Under the pieces are notes generated by a model, which worked only from the letters and a program-made list of their open reading frames with translations, ran no database searches and was not told where the DNA came from. Positions 34,311 to 43,957 of a stretch of DNA of 64,000 nucleotides are shown piece after piece. The stretch's first letter is position 1, and every line of letters begins with the position of its first letter. The DNA comes from an uncultured bacterium (GTDB lineage: Bacteria; Actinomycetota; Actinomycetes; S36-B12; CAIKAW01): NCBI GenBank assembly GCA_903825575.1, contig CAIKAW010000031.1:3469-67468 (forward strand), written 5' to 3'. Position numbers and translations under genes: made by a program.

Positions 34311-35477
34311 AGCTTCTTCAACTTCCTCGCGGGTGATCCCGAGAAGAAACAGAATGCTGTCCAGATACGGTTGAGTTACCGAGGTATCAGCAACATCTCG
34401 CAGGACTTCTTTGGCATTGAATGCCACTCCCAATCCGGCTAACGCAAGCATGTCGATGTCGTTGGCCCCATCGCCCACTGCGATTGTGCGGCTCAGCGGG
34501 ATACCTAGTTCATCCGCAAAGGCCTGGAGTACGGCTGCTTTTCCAGCCCGATCAATGACCGGCCCTCGCAATCTGCCGGTAAGACGGCCGTCTGCTACTT
34601 CTAGCCCATTGGCGGCAAAGTGAGTGATGCCAAGTTTGGCGGCGATAGGTCCAACGACTTCCAGGAAACCGCCACTTACCAAGCCGACGTGGTAGCCGAG
34701 TCGATGTAACGTGCGAACGAGCGTGAGCGCCCCTGCAGTTAGACGGATTTGGGACTGTACGTGGCTCAATATCTCGGCAGGTGCCCCCGACAATAAGGCG
34801 ACGCGTGCCTCGAGCGCAGTTCGGAAATCCATTTTTCCGGCCATAGCTGCCGCCGTTATTCGTTCCACTTGGGGTCGACAACCAGCCGCGTCGGCAAGCA
34901 GTTCGATAACCTCATCCTGAATGAAGGTCGAGTCGACATCCATCACCACAAGTAGTTGTCCGCGACGCCGAAGTCCGGCTCGTTGTACCGCTATATCGAT
35001 CCGATTGGCACTGGCCGTCAGGGCGAGGGATGTCCGAAGTCGATCAAGTTCAGACCCGCTAACTTCGAGTTCAATTGCGGTCACAGGATGGGACGCCACC
35101 CTCGTAATTGAATCGATGTTTCCGTCTTGTTCTGCGATGCAGACGGCAACAGCAGCGAAGGCATGCGGGCGCAGCGGGGCGCCGAGGATGGTCACCAAGA
35201 GCCGGCCACGGCGCCGGGGATCATCGACATCGACCCCCGGCGCGATGGAGACCTGCATGCCGAGCTGGTCAGCTACCCGATGGGCAGCCAGAGCCAGATC
35301 TCCGGCGATCACGGAAGCCAAGAGCACTCCCAGAATCAGTTGGCCCCTTATGACGACTTGTTCAACGTCGAGAACTTCGGCGCGTTGGGCTTCAATAGCC
35401 GTGAACAGCGCCGCCGTCACGCCCGGACGATCCGGGCCAGTAAGGGTGACCAGTAATGTCTCGCGGCTCTGTGTCAT
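34290..35477 (-). CDS. serB: Phosphoserine phosphatase SerB with N-terminal ACT-like domains
   Basis: HAD motifs VVMDVDSTFIQDEVIE (DxDST) and GDGANDIDML; two ACT-like repeats at the N-terminus. Confidence 0.88.
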   Translation of the reverse strand: MTQSRETLLVTLTGPDRPGVTAALFTAIEAQRAEVLDVEQVVIRGQLILGVLLASVIAGDLALAAHRVADQLGMQVSIAPGVDVDDPRRRGRLLVTILGAPLRPHAFAAVAVCIAEQDGNIDSITRVASHPVTAIELEVSGSELDRLRTSLALTASANRIDIAVQRAGLRRRGQLLVVMDVDSTFIQDEVIELLADAAGCRPQVERITAAAMAGKMDFRTALEARVALLSGAPAEILSHVQSQIRLTAGALTLVRTLHRLGYHVGLVSGGFLEVVGPIAAKLGITHFAANGLEVADGRLTGRLRGPVIDRAGKAAVLQAFADELGIPLSRTIAVGDGANDIDMLALAGLGVAFNAKEVLRDVADTSVTQPYLDSILFLLGITREEVEEASIAEDS

Positions 35478-36241
35478 TTTGGTTCAACCAATCGAGCGGC
35501 ACTGACACTGGAACACAGAGCATTGCGTGCGCTGAGCGCCAGTGCTTTTAGGGCAGCCGTTCGGTATCTAGCTTCAGAAGCGGTTAGGGCCGCGCCATCG
35601 TCGAGCTGAGCAATGTCAACGATTTGGAGAACTCGGGCCGCTGTGTGGATTAACTTCAGATTGCGCTCACCAAGATCGGCGGGGAACGACTGCGATCTCA
35701 GCCACCCGGATTCCAGTATTCTTTCAAAATCGGGGCGCATTCGGGCCAGGTCCAAGGTGTGCAGTTGCGCCGTGGTGTTTGCCAGCGCGTCCGTTAGGTC
35801 GGCTTCGGCTTCTCTAGTCGACTGACCGCCAGCAGGCGGGCGGACTCCGGCAGCAGCAAGCATTGGAGCTGCATACGGCAAAGCTGACCATCCAGCGTCG
35901 TTTGGCAGGAGTAATAAGTCGCACCCGATGGCGACCGCGGCGGCCTGAGCGGCAACTGCGGCAGCAATAATTTGGGGTTCGGCCGCAATGCCGCTTGGGT
36001 CCCCTGGCACAGGTAGCGCAAGTTGAAAACCTCGTACTCCCTTGCGCTGCAGCTCCCGAAGCCCTTGGAGTAGCTCTCGGTCCTCGCCGTCCGAGTCTCG
36101 GATTACCCGTGGCGGTGCAACCGCGTCAAGAAGGTCGTCGGCGGCGGCTTGGCCAGCGAGCCATGAGTTACCCCAAGCCACCAGCACAGCGGTACGGAAC
36201 ACGGCGTAAGCGTAGAGGCCAGCCAGTTCGCAGTTCTTCAA
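35474..36241 (-). CDS. Ala-rich conserved hypothetical protein, translationally coupled to serB
   Basis: 255-aa ORF with a 4-nt overlap onto the serB start. I recognise no motif. Confidence 0.5.
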   Translation of the reverse strand: MKNCELAGLYAYAVFRTAVLVAWGNSWLAGQAAADDLLDAVAPPRVIRDSDGEDRELLQGLRELQRKGVRGFQLALPVPGDPSGIAAEPQIIAAAVAAQAAAVAIGCDLLLLPNDAGWSALPYAAPMLAAAGVRPPAGGQSTREAEADLTDALANTTAQLHTLDLARMRPDFERILESGWLRSQSFPADLGERNLKLIHTAARVLQIVDIAQLDDGAALTASEARYRTAALKALALSARNALCSSVSAARLVEPK

Positions 36242-36263
36242 GGGATCTAGTTAGGGTCGTTAC

Positions 36264-37052
36264 ATGACCAACTCAGCCGTTCTCCGATTCACTGAGGTCG
36301 GGGTTGATCGTGGAGCCCGCGCGATTTTGGACGATATTTCGGTGTCCATCCGTGACGGCGAGCGCTGGATCATTCTCGGAGGGAACGGCGCCGGCAAGAC
36401 CACGTTGCTTCAATTAGCTGCCACTCAAATGCATCCCACTCGCGGCACGGTCGACATCCTCGGGAACAGACTCGGTCGGGTAGATGTGTTTTCGCTGCGT
36501 CCGGCGATCGGGCTCGCAAGCTCAGCGCTTGCGGCTCAACTCCCCAATGGCGAACGAGTCCTAGATGTCGTAATGACTGCGGCTTGGGCAGTAACTGGTA
36601 GATGGCGCGAAGACTATGAGGCGGCGGATATTGAGCGCGCGCACGCCCTTCTTCGTCAATTTGGAGTAGCTGAGTTCTCAGAGCGCAGATTCGGCACGTT
36701 GAGTGAAGGGGAGCGTAAGCGGGTACAGCTTTGTCGGGCTTTGATGAGCGATCCTGAACTTCTGTTGCTGGACGAACCGGCCGCTGGACTGGATCTGGGG
36801 GCCCGAGAAGACCTTGTGCGGCGACTTTCGCGATTGGCGGAGGATGCGACTGCACCAGTTACTGTTCTGGTTACGCACCACGTTGAAGAGATCCCACCCG
36901 GCTACACGCACGCATTGGCGCTTCGGAATGGGCGAATGGTGGCCGCTGGGGAATTGCCTGCAGTGGTGAACTCCGAGGTTCTCTCCGAATGCTTTGGCTT
37001 GCCCTTGCGCGTCGATTGGGCCAACGATCGCTGGTTCGCCACCGCCAGGTAA
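36264..37052 (+). CDS. Orphan ABC transporter ATP-binding protein
   Basis: Walker A GGNGAGKTT, signature LSEGERKRVQLCRAL, Walker B LLLLDEPAAGLD. No adjacent permease. Confidence 0.85.
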   Translation: MTNSAVLRFTEVGVDRGARAILDDISVSIRDGERWIILGGNGAGKTTLLQLAATQMHPTRGTVDILGNRLGRVDVFSLRPAIGLASSALAAQLPNGERVLDVVMTAAWAVTGRWREDYEAADIERAHALLRQFGVAEFSERRFGTLSEGERKRVQLCRALMSDPELLLLDEPAAGLDLGAREDLVRRLSRLAEDATAPVTVLVTHHVEEIPPGYTHALALRNGRMVAAGELPAVVNSEVLSECFGLPLRVDWANDRWFATAR

Positions 37053-37087
37053 GCCACTCGAGGGCGCGTCGGACCTATATTGGGTGC

Positions 37088-37498
37088 ATGGTCTGGTGGC
37101 TCTTGGCGGCATTCGCCCTTGGCGCGGCAGAGATGGCCGTCAGCGGCTTGGTCCTTGGCATGATCAGCGGCGGTGCGCTCGCTGCGACAGTGGCCGCCCT
37201 TCTGCATGGGGGGCTTCTTGTCGAGACCTTGGTCTTTACCTTTGTAAGTTTGGGTCTGTTGGTCTTCGTACGGCCTTTGGCGCGACGACACCTCGCTCGA
37301 GGACCTGGATTGGTTAGCGGCACGGCCGGTCTAGTCGGCGCTACGGCAGTGGTCATTTCAGACGTTGATTCGGTCAACGGACGAGTCAAACTCGGCGGGG
37401 AGATCTGGTCAGCCCGTTCGTATGACGAAACTGTTCATCCGGCTGGTACCAATGTGCAAGTGCTGAGCATCGATGGCGCGACGGCCATCGTTCTTTAG
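37088..37498 (+). CDS. NfeD family membrane protein
   Basis: Three N-terminal TM helices and a C-terminal OB-fold-like tail (GRVKLGGEIWSARS). Precedes an SPFH gene. ATG 37088 chosen because the long ORF overlaps the upstream gene. Confidence 0.8.
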   Translation: MVWWLLAAFALGAAEMAVSGLVLGMISGGALAATVAALLHGGLLVETLVFTFVSLGLLVFVRPLARRHLARGPGLVSGTAGLVGATAVVISDVDSVNGRVKLGGEIWSARSYDETVHPAGTNVQVLSIDGATAIVL

Positions 37499-37516
37499 TT
37501 CACGGGAGGAATAACT

Positions 37517-38419
37517 GTGGGACAACAGATCGTCGCTGCGGTGTCGGTGATCGTCGTGATTCTCGTCGGACTGACCCTGGTCCGCTCGGTGCGGATTGTG
37601 CCGCAGGCCAGGGCTGGAATCGTCGAGCGGTTAGGTCGATATCACCGAACGTTGGCCCCCGGACTTTCCCTGTTAGTGCCGGTTGCCGATCGCATGCGGC
37701 TGCTGATTGACCTACGGGAGCAAGTGGTTTCGTTTCCGCCGCAGCCAGTGATCACAGAGGATAACCTTGTCGTAAGCATCGACACTGTTATCTATTTCCA
37801 GGTCACTGATCCGAAATCAGCAACATATGAGATCGCCAATTACATTCAGGGTGTTGAGCAACTCACCGTTACAACCCTGCGCAACGTTGTGGGCGGAATG
37901 GATCTGGAAACAACGCTCACGTCCCGTGACCAGATCAATGGTCAACTCCGTGGCGCCCTAGACGAAACAACCGGACGCTGGGGAATCCGCGTAAACCGAG
38001 TGGAGATCAAAGCAATTGATCCACCCGTGAGCATCAAGGATTCCATGGAAAAGCAAATGAGGGCGGAGCGAGATAAGCGGGCTGTGATCCTAACCGCAGA
38101 GGGCGAGAAGCAAGCTGCGATTCTTACAGCAGAAGGCGAGAAGCAAGCGGCCGTGTTGAGAGCTGACGGCGAAGCGCAGGCGATGGTTTTGCGCGCCGAC
38201 GGGGAAGCTAAGGCGATAGCAACGGTCTTCGGTGCCGTGAAGGCTGCCGCTCCTGATGAGCGAGTGATGGCTTACCAGTACTTGCAACAGTTGCCGGCTA
38301 TTGCGAACGGTCAAGCCTCAAAGATTTGGGTGCTTCCGGCCGAACTCAGCGGGGTCATGGGTGGACTGGCTTCGGCATTTGGTTCACGTGACGATAGTGA
38401 TGGGACACCCAAGGCTTGA
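37517..38419 (+). CDS. SPFH/band-7 (stomatin-like) protein
   Basis: N-terminal TM, an SPFH core (IVPQARAGIVERLGRY...), and a coiled-coil AEGEKQAAIL repeat region. Confidence 0.9.
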   Translation: MGQQIVAAVSVIVVILVGLTLVRSVRIVPQARAGIVERLGRYHRTLAPGLSLLVPVADRMRLLIDLREQVVSFPPQPVITEDNLVVSIDTVIYFQVTDPKSATYEIANYIQGVEQLTVTTLRNVVGGMDLETTLTSRDQINGQLRGALDETTGRWGIRVNRVEIKAIDPPVSIKDSMEKQMRAERDKRAVILTAEGEKQAAILTAEGEKQAAVLRADGEAQAMVLRADGEAKAIATVFGAVKAAAPDERVMAYQYLQQLPAIANGQASKIWVLPAELSGVMGGLASAFGSRDDSDGTPKA

Positions 38420-39189
38420 ATGTTGGACCAAGTTTCACCCTGTCATCGGCGTGCATTGTTGCATTAGCAGGTGTCGTCGCGGGGACTATAAATGCGGTAG
38501 TTGGCTCTGGCACGCTGTTGAGTTACCCGGTGTTATTGGCTGTTGGTTTACCCGCGATCCCGGCCAACGCCACCAACACCGTTGGCTTGTTTTTTGGGTC
38601 GGTAAGCGCAACCGCCTCATACCGTTCCTTGCTTGCCGGGCGCTGGCACCGGCTGCGGTGGGGATTGGCGGCTGCCACAATTGGCGGCACTTGTGGGGCT
38701 TTGTTGGTCCTCAGCCTGCCGCCAAGGGTGTTTTCTGCGGTGATTCCGTGGCTAATCCTGTTTGCCGCGGGGTTAGTTGCAGTCCAGACCCACTTCACCC
38801 GATGGGTCCGCCGCCGGTGGCCTCAAGCACATGAGAACAGCGGCACTTTGGCAGTTGCCACACTGCCTACTGGTATCTATGGCGGCTATTTCGGGGCCGG
38901 ACAGGGAGTTATCCTGATGGCGCTGTTGGGGTTGACCTACGACTCTGATGTGCAACGAGCAAATGGAGCCAAGAATTTGCTCGCGGCGGCGGCAAATGGA
39001 GCGGCGGCCGTGGTATTCGCATTCAGCGGCCGGGTTAACTGGTGGGTTGCCCCGATCCTAGCGGTGGCTGCGGTTGTCGGGGGCCAAGTTGGCGGCCGGA
39101 CGGCTCGTCGCCTAAGTCCCGCGGTGCTGCGCGGCGTTGTCGTCTTCGTAGGTGTCATTGCAAGTATCTCGCTGCTGGTGAAGGCCTGA
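38416..39189 (+). CDS. TauE/SafE family anion exporter
   Basis: Eight hydrophobic helices with GSGTLLSYPVLL and GAGQGVILMALL motifs. Confidence 0.75.
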   Translation: MNVGPSFTLSSACIVALAGVVAGTINAVVGSGTLLSYPVLLAVGLPAIPANATNTVGLFFGSVSATASYRSLLAGRWHRLRWGLAAATIGGTCGALLVLSLPPRVFSAVIPWLILFAAGLVAVQTHFTRWVRRRWPQAHENSGTLAVATLPTGIYGGYFGAGQGVILMALLGLTYDSDVQRANGAKNLLAAAANGAAAVVFAFSGRVNWWVAPILAVAAVVGGQVGGRTARRLSPAVLRGVVVFVGVIASISLLVKA

Positions 39190-40002
39190 ATGACCCTGAT
39201 CCAAATTGACGATCCTGGTGACCCTCGCCTTGACAGATTTCTACGTTTAACTGACATGAAACTGCGAGCTGCGCGCGAACCTGTTGAAGGAATCTTCATA
39301 GCTGAGGGCCGATTGGTGATTGATCGTGCGCTTAAGGCCGGGCTTGAACCACTTGCTGCCGTAGCGACATCGAAATGGGCAGTTTCGGCGCAGGCAGAAT
39401 TGCCTGCGCCGGTCCCGATATATGAATTGGCGGAGTCAGATCTAAGAGAACTAACAGGGTTTCGGGTGCACCGAGGAGCTCTGGTGGCGTTCCGCCGTCC
39501 TGCGCAACTCGCCGTCAGCAGCTTGCTCTCCAGCGCGCGGCGCGTGGTGGTCCTTGAGGATCTTGTAGATCACACCAACGTTGGCACTATTGCGCGATCG
39601 GCAGCCGGGCTCGGGTTTGATGGCATGATTGTTTCGCCGTCTTGCGCGGATCCCCTTTACCGTAGAAGTGTTAAGACATCGATGGGCGCGGTGTTGTCAT
39701 TGCCGTGGTCACGGGCCACCGACTGGCCGGGGGACATCGCTGCTGCACGCGAAATCGGATTCAGTGTCGTCGCGCTGTCGCCGACAGGTGATGTCCCTCT
39801 CTCGGCTTTGTGTTTTACCCCCAGTGACCGAGTGGCACTTGTGCTTGGCACGGAAGGGGCGGGTCTTTCGTCAGCCGTCCAAACTCTGGCAACACATGTT
39901 GTTTCGATACCGATGGATGGCGGAGTCGATTCCCTGAACGTGGCCGTTGCGGCTGGAATCGCTTGTTATGCACTCAGGCAGCAACTAAGCGAAGCGAATT
40001 AG
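39190..40002 (+). CDS. TrmH/SpoU family RNA 2'-O-methyltransferase
   Basis: C-terminal SpoU motifs LVLGTEGAGLS and IPMDGGVDSLNVAVAAGIACY. Confidence 0.85.
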   Translation: MTLIQIDDPGDPRLDRFLRLTDMKLRAAREPVEGIFIAEGRLVIDRALKAGLEPLAAVATSKWAVSAQAELPAPVPIYELAESDLRELTGFRVHRGALVAFRRPAQLAVSSLLSSARRVVVLEDLVDHTNVGTIARSAAGLGFDGMIVSPSCADPLYRRSVKTSMGAVLSLPWSRATDWPGDIAAAREIGFSVVALSPTGDVPLSALCFTPSDRVALVLGTEGAGLSSAVQTLATHVVSIPMDGGVDSLNVAVAAGIACYALRQQLSEAN

Positions 40003-40881
40003 GCTCGCAACGCCAAACACAAGGCAGTAGATGGCAAAAGGCGTCAACGTACGAGTGCGAAGGAAGGCGATAAGAAACTTCGCCGCGGCAAACGCGGCCA
40101 GAAATGCAGCCAGGCTTCCGGCCAGAATCTGCGGTCGCAGTCCATCTCCTAGGGGGCCGAAAAGATCAGGCACTTTGTAGACGCCGGCGGCGAGGATTAC
40201 TGGGGTTGCCAAAAGGAAAGCGAAGCGGACTGCCTCTTCGTGGTTTAGGCCACGGAGAAGGCCAGCAATCATCGTGAGGCCGGAACGGCTCAATCCAGCG
40301 AAAAGTGCGCCACTCTGGATTAGTCCGATGAGGCCAGAGTCGCGCACTGAAACCGAGGCTGCAACGCGAATGTCTTGATCTGTCCCCGATTCGGTCCTTT
40401 CGACGTCGTGGTCAGCGCGCCTTCGGCGGAGTCGCTCTCCAGCAAGCAGCACCAGACCGTTCAGAGTCAAGAACGCTGCGGAGTAGAGGGGTTTGGCAAA
40501 GATAGTTCGGAAGGTGTGTTCGAAGAGTAAGCCCAGAAGGCCCGCTGGGATGCTTGCAATGATGATCAGCCAAGCAAGCCTTTCGTACGTTTCTTGGACT
40601 CGCCGGTGGCGAACCGAACTTACAAATCCCCGGACGATCCGCACCCAATCACGCCAAAAGATCACGAGTAGCGCAGTGGCTGTCGCCACGTGCAGTCCCA
40701 CGACCACAGCAAGATAGGGAGATTCCGTCGTCGATTGCGAAGCGGCGAGCTTCGCCCACGACCCACCGAGCCAGGCAGGAAGCAAAACTGAATGGCCCAA
40801 ACTTGAGATTGGGAACAGCTCCGTCACTCCTTGCAGTAATCCGATAACGATTGCCTGAAGGTAGGTCAAAGTGAAAGTCAT
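39985..40881 (-). CDS. uppP: Undecaprenyl-diphosphate phosphatase
   Basis: BacA/UppP motifs GLLQGVTELFPISSLGHS and GLSRSGLTMIAGLL. Confidence 0.92.
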   Translation of the reverse strand: MTFTLTYLQAIVIGLLQGVTELFPISSLGHSVLLPAWLGGSWAKLAASQSTTESPYLAVVVGLHVATATALLVIFWRDWVRIVRGFVSSVRHRRVQETYERLAWLIIIASIPAGLLGLLFEHTFRTIFAKPLYSAAFLTLNGLVLLAGERLRRRRADHDVERTESGTDQDIRVAASVSVRDSGLIGLIQSGALFAGLSRSGLTMIAGLLRGLNHEEAVRFAFLLATPVILAAGVYKVPDLFGPLGDGLRPQILAGSLAAFLAAFAAAKFLIAFLRTRTLTPFAIYCLVFGVASLIRFA

Positions 40882-40898
40882 GGAATCCTCAGTGATCC

Positions 40899-41507
40899 TT
40901 AGCCAAGGGCCTGATATGCCGCACGGCCCGCGCGAGCCAAGATAGCGGTCACGTATTTCTGGGTTTCAGGGTAGGGCGGAATCCCGTCGTGGCGGCGGAC
41001 CGCCGATGGGCCGGCGTTGTAGGCGGCGAGCATATTGCTCAGGTGGCTGCCGGAAACTCCCGACGTCTCGTGCAGCAGTTGGCAGTCATATTTAGCCGCC
41101 GAGAAGATTGCGTCGGCCGGATCGAACACGTCGATTGTGCCGTCATGATTTGCGTCTACCCCGAATGCCCGCCACGTCGAGGGTATGAATTGGGCGATTC
41201 CTTCAGCTCCAGCGGAGCTAACGGCCTTTGGGCGCCACCCGCTTTCTTGCGCGATCTGGGCACCGAGAATTGCGGGAGGAAGTCCTGGGCAGGTGGCCGC
41301 TGCAGCGATGACCATTGGCCGGTAGATTGCCGGAATCCGTTCTGCGGTGGAATTGCGATAGGCCAACCACCCCGCCGTGATTCCGCCTCCGGCCAACACG
41401 AGCAGTGCAACGACAAGGGCTAGGCGGCGGGTCACACGATCATTGTCCGGCATGAAAGCGTCGAACGTTCGGCCTAGGGGTGGATTAGGGCGTGACCTTG
41501 AATCCAT
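40899..41507 (-). CDS. Lytic transglycosylase (SLT domain) protein, membrane anchored
   Basis: N-terminal TM. SLT motifs QESGWRP, GAEGIAQFIPSTW and AYNAGPSAV. Start may instead be ATG 41453. Confidence 0.85.
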   Translation of the reverse strand: MDSRSRPNPPLGRTFDAFMPDNDRVTRRLALVVALLVLAGGGITAGWLAYRNSTAERIPAIYRPMVIAAAATCPGLPPAILGAQIAQESGWRPKAVSSAGAEGIAQFIPSTWRAFGVDANHDGTIDVFDPADAIFSAAKYDCQLLHETSGVSGSHLSNMLAAYNAGPSAVRRHDGIPPYPETQKYVTAILARAGRAAYQALG

Positions 41508-43329
41508 ACTTTGTGCCGAGCGCGGTCAGCGACAGCGGACCGGGAGGGCCCGGCGTATATCCGAGGCGAACGCGCCAAGCACTGAAGGCCTTCATCGTGA
41601 TGGGGCCGAATGATCCGTCAACCCCACTTGCAACAAGTAGATGTTCGGCCACAAGGCCACGTTGCACCTGGATGACATCGGTTTTCGCGGTGAATTGCCC
41701 ATCCGGCAAGCTCGGATCCCGGTTTGCCGCAGCCTGTACCCGGAGCAAAGACACGGCGGGAAGAACCGTGGGCTTGGCCGTAGGAGTGGCGGACGGTGTT
41801 GAGGTTGGCGTTGGTGAGGGGGTCGAAGTTGGCGCAGGTGCCGATATCGTCGCCCCCTGCGGGAGCCACCATGAAGAGCGAAGCCCATTGACGTTGTTGG
41901 GCCATGCGTATAGCGAACCAACAGTTCGAGGCGTCGTCTGAACCTGGGTGCAAGCCTTGGAGGTGCAAAAATCTAGCAATACAACTGAAGATCGGCCTCC
42001 CAGGTCCCCGTGCCCGTCTCGGCTTGCCACCTGGAGTCTGGTGAGCTTGCCAAGTGTCGGCCAACCTGCCTCGATCGCGCTGGCAGGCAGGATTGCGGTC
42101 CAAGCGTGGCTGCGTGATCCGGTAAGGCCGTCCCAAGGGTCCGGGGCCGCCGGTAGGTAAGGCTGTCCGCCTGATCGAGTGAAACCGCCGTTGGAGGCGC
42201 CGAACATGGCATTGATCGGCGCACCCTTATACGTGAGGATCTGAGCTGCTGTGGCGGCTACTGCCGCGTCGCTGGCGGCGTAGTAGCGACCTTGATCAGC
42301 TGCAGGACCGCTGCCAACCGTGCCGCTCGCAATGCCTGTGAATGCTTGACATTGGGTCGTGTCACAAATATCAAATGGTCGTCCTGCTGCCGCCCCATCA
42401 ACCCCGGACCTGGCTGCATATGTCCGAGCGGCGATGGCCTGAGCCTGTTGGGCTGCTGCGGGGGAGCCTGACCCAATCTCTTGGCCGACCACACCGCGAA
42501 CGTAGGTATCCATAGGGATGGTCAGGATGACAACTGTGTAGGCCAAAGTTGGGTGTTCGCGCATCACGGTTACTGAGCCGGGCTCGGTCGTGGTGCTTCC
42601 ATCGATATTTTCGACCCGTACGCCGGTTAGACCACGGACCACCGCGGCGCCAATGGTTTTCGGCAGCGCTGGCAGGAAGGACGTACCGGCCACCAAGGTG
42701 GGTCCCAGGGTCGATGTGGTCGTGGTGGTTGTGCCCGCGGCGACAGAAGCCATCTTGATGGTCGCACTGACCCATTTACTGGTTCGAGTGGCCAAACTTG
42801 AAAGAGTTAGTCGGCCGTCGGATAGGGCGGTTAGACGCCAGGCGACCGGCCCACTGGGTAAAGTCACGGCGATGCCGGTGAGATTGCCCATCCGCAACCC
42901 GGGGGTTGCGGTAACAGTTAGACATCCGCCGGCGGCCTGCAGCCATACGCGGAATGGCACGTCCGCGCGCTTGGTGAGGGAAGTTCCGGGGTAATAGTGG
43001 GCCAGAATTGCTGGGGCACCGATCCCAAGCCGGGCTGCTCCAACCGCCCCGATCTGACTCATCCCAATTGCGTGTCCGTAGGCCCGACCGTCAACGATGA
43101 ACGATCCGGTCGTAGGTCGAGTGAAAACCGCGGCCCCTTTGGCCGTCGGAGCCAACATCGGGGTTAGCACCGCAGCGGTAGCCCAGGCCGGCAGTCCCAC
43201 CCCCGCTAGGAGGGTGGCGGCTCCCAGAACGGAACCAAACAGGCGGACTCCTCGCCCTCCGGACCGGGCGTGCGCCCCTCGGGAAGTCCCTTGGGTCACA
43301 TTGCGTACCACGCGTCTCACTGGTTTCAC
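41485..43329 (-). CDS. SpoIID/LytB domain protein with a C-terminal peptidoglycan-binding domain
   Basis: Signal peptide; SpoIID core (YVRGVVGQEIG..AAQQAQAIAARTYA). A Pro/Thr linker precedes a PG_binding_1-like tail (VQRGLVAEHLL..VDGSFGPITMKAF). Confidence 0.85.
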   Translation of the reverse strand: MKPVRRVVRNVTQGTSRGAHARSGGRGVRLFGSVLGAATLLAGVGLPAWATAAVLTPMLAPTAKGAAVFTRPTTGSFIVDGRAYGHAIGMSQIGAVGAARLGIGAPAILAHYYPGTSLTKRADVPFRVWLQAAGGCLTVTATPGLRMGNLTGIAVTLPSGPVAWRLTALSDGRLTLSSLATRTSKWVSATIKMASVAAGTTTTTTSTLGPTLVAGTSFLPALPKTIGAAVVRGLTGVRVENIDGSTTTEPGSVTVMREHPTLAYTVVILTIPMDTYVRGVVGQEIGSGSPAAAQQAQAIAARTYAARSGVDGAAAGRPFDICDTTQCQAFTGIASGTVGSGPAADQGRYYAASDAAVAATAAQILTYKGAPINAMFGASNGGFTRSGGQPYLPAAPDPWDGLTGSRSHAWTAILPASAIEAGWPTLGKLTRLQVASRDGHGDLGGRSSVVLLDFCTSKACTQVQTTPRTVGSLYAWPNNVNGLRSSWWLPQGATISAPAPTSTPSPTPTSTPSATPTAKPTVLPAVSLLRVQAAANRDPSLPDGQFTAKTDVIQVQRGLVAEHLLVASGVDGSFGPITMKAFSAWRVRLGYTPGPPGPLSLTALGTKYGFKVTP

Positions 43330-43423
43330 TCTTTGTCTCTCGGCCAGTCGACCCGCCCGCTAAAGCCCAAATGCATGATCCATTGAGTCCAAGTGGGAGA
43401 ATTTCGGCGATTCGAGGAGTGAT

Positions 43424-43957
43424 TTGACCCACATTCAGACTCAAAGCACGTGGTTGAGCGATGAGGAACTCCGGTTGGCCCGCGAGCGCTTGCCGGTGGT
43501 CTATGTCGATGCGGTCCCGGTTCGGGTCGACGAACAGGGACGGATTACGGCTATCGGCCTGCTGCTACGGGCCCGGCCCGATGGCAGTATCAGCCGAGCC
43601 GTCGTTTCGGGGCGGGTTTGGTACGGCGAACGGATCCGCAGTGCATTGCTGCGTCACCTCGAGAAAGACCTCGGTCCGCTTGCGCTTCCCAAACTCCCGG
43701 TTACGGTGGCGCCGTTCACAATCGTCGAGTACTTCCCGGATCCGACGGTTTCAGGCTTCCATGATCCGAGGCAGCATGCCGTCGGTTTGGCGTACGTCGT
43801 CCCGATCGAAGGCGATTGCCGGCCTGCTCACGACGTCCTTGACTTGACCTGGCTAAGCCCAGCCGAAGCTACCAGCCCGGAGGTTCGCGCAGAGATGACC
43901 GGGGGTCAGGATCGATTGGTTGTCATGGCCCTGGCCTATACCGGGGAGTCGGTTTGA
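43424..43957 (+). CDS. NUDIX-fold (DUF4916-like) protein
   Basis: 177 aa: LPVVYVDAVPVRVDEQGRITAIGLLLR...VSGRVWYGERIRSALLRHLEKDLG. Family assignment is from memory only. Confidence 0.5.
   Translation: MTHIQTQSTWLSDEELRLARERLPVVYVDAVPVRVDEQGRITAIGLLLRARPDGSISRAVVSGRVWYGERIRSALLRHLEKDLGPLALPKLPVTVAPFTIVEYFPDPTVSGFHDPRQHAVGLAYVVPIEGDCRPAHDVLDLTWLSPAEATSPEVRAEMTGGQDRLVVMALAYTGESV

Noticed and set aside
38085-38225. Tandem repeats TAEGEKQAAIL / LRADGEAQAMV in the SPFH gene
   Set aside because: This is the normal coiled-coil heptad-like repeat of band-7/stomatin C-termini. It is in frame and not a DNA-level repeat element.
41767-41841. Pro/Thr/Ser-rich low-complexity stretch (APAPTSTPSPTPTSTPSATPTAKPT), plus a poly-Thr run further upstream in the SpoIID-domain gene
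   Set aside because: These are typical interdomain linkers of secreted actinobacterial cell-wall enzymes, not a repeat element or a frameshift signal.
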